From: Parasitella parasitica NRRL 2501
Taxonomy: Eukaryota > Fungi > Mucoromycota
Assembly: GCA_025201805.1 (NCBI GenBank)
Contig: MU619427.1
Location: 1 to 37,260 of the forward strand
Length of the DNA stretch: 37,260 bases
Direction: 5' to 3'
The number at the start of each line of letters is the position of its first letter. Positions within the stretch are counted from its first letter, which is position 1. The notes beneath the pieces are model-generated. The model saw only the letters and a program-made list of their open reading frames with translations, made no database searches and was not told the origin of the DNA. The translations under genes were made by a program, and so were the position numbers. Below, piece after piece: positions 36,918-37,260 of this stretch.

Positions 36918-37260
36918 GGACATGATCTGTCACGTTTCTAATAAATATTAATAGGATATAATTAACTATTTATTAAGTAAAGACAAAGGTGAAGAGCTTT
37001 ATTGATTTTAAGCGAATACTATTTATAATGCATATGCTAGGGTGACCCAGACTACGTCACCATCGTTTGAAGCCTCTGCCTCTTCTTAAATCGCCGGACC
37101 GGCACTGTTGGTCGGAAGACCCGCTTCTTGTTCGCATTGTGCTGGAGCACTGCCTCCGGCACGAGTCCACTAAACATCTTCCTGACTGATATTCTCGTAC
37201 ATGCGTATTATTTCTGATGTCAACTCACGATATACAATTTCTCAAAAAGGCAACTCATCT

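Overview
AT-rich eukaryotic genomic DNA with short (mostly 50-75 nt) GT-AG introns. Gene content and TE style suggest a Mucorales fungus (Mucor/Parasitella-like); this is inference. Nine intron-containing host genes can be built by hand: a PTS1 (-SKL) malate dehydrogenase, a CENP-H-like kinetochore protein, a Sec2-like Rab GEF, ataxin-10/Ctr86, a long-chain acyl-CoA synthetase, a CHD6-9/Kismet-type remodeller and three hypothetical genes. There is also a tRNA-Glu(CTC). Mobile DNA comprises an intron-rich CxC-KDZ transposase with a damaged 5' part next to an assembly gap, and a 5'-truncated L1-like LINE end with poly(A) and a 15-bp target-site duplication. Heavily decayed DIRS-like remnants may lie in both gene-free flanks. 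The most striking unexplained structure is a ~220-bp LTR-like repeat present in inverted orientation at 1921-2139 and 35795-36010, bracketing all the protein-coding genes. The right copy carries twin GTA-triloop/GA-mismatch hairpins followed by CTAG. All calls are by eye; no searches were run.
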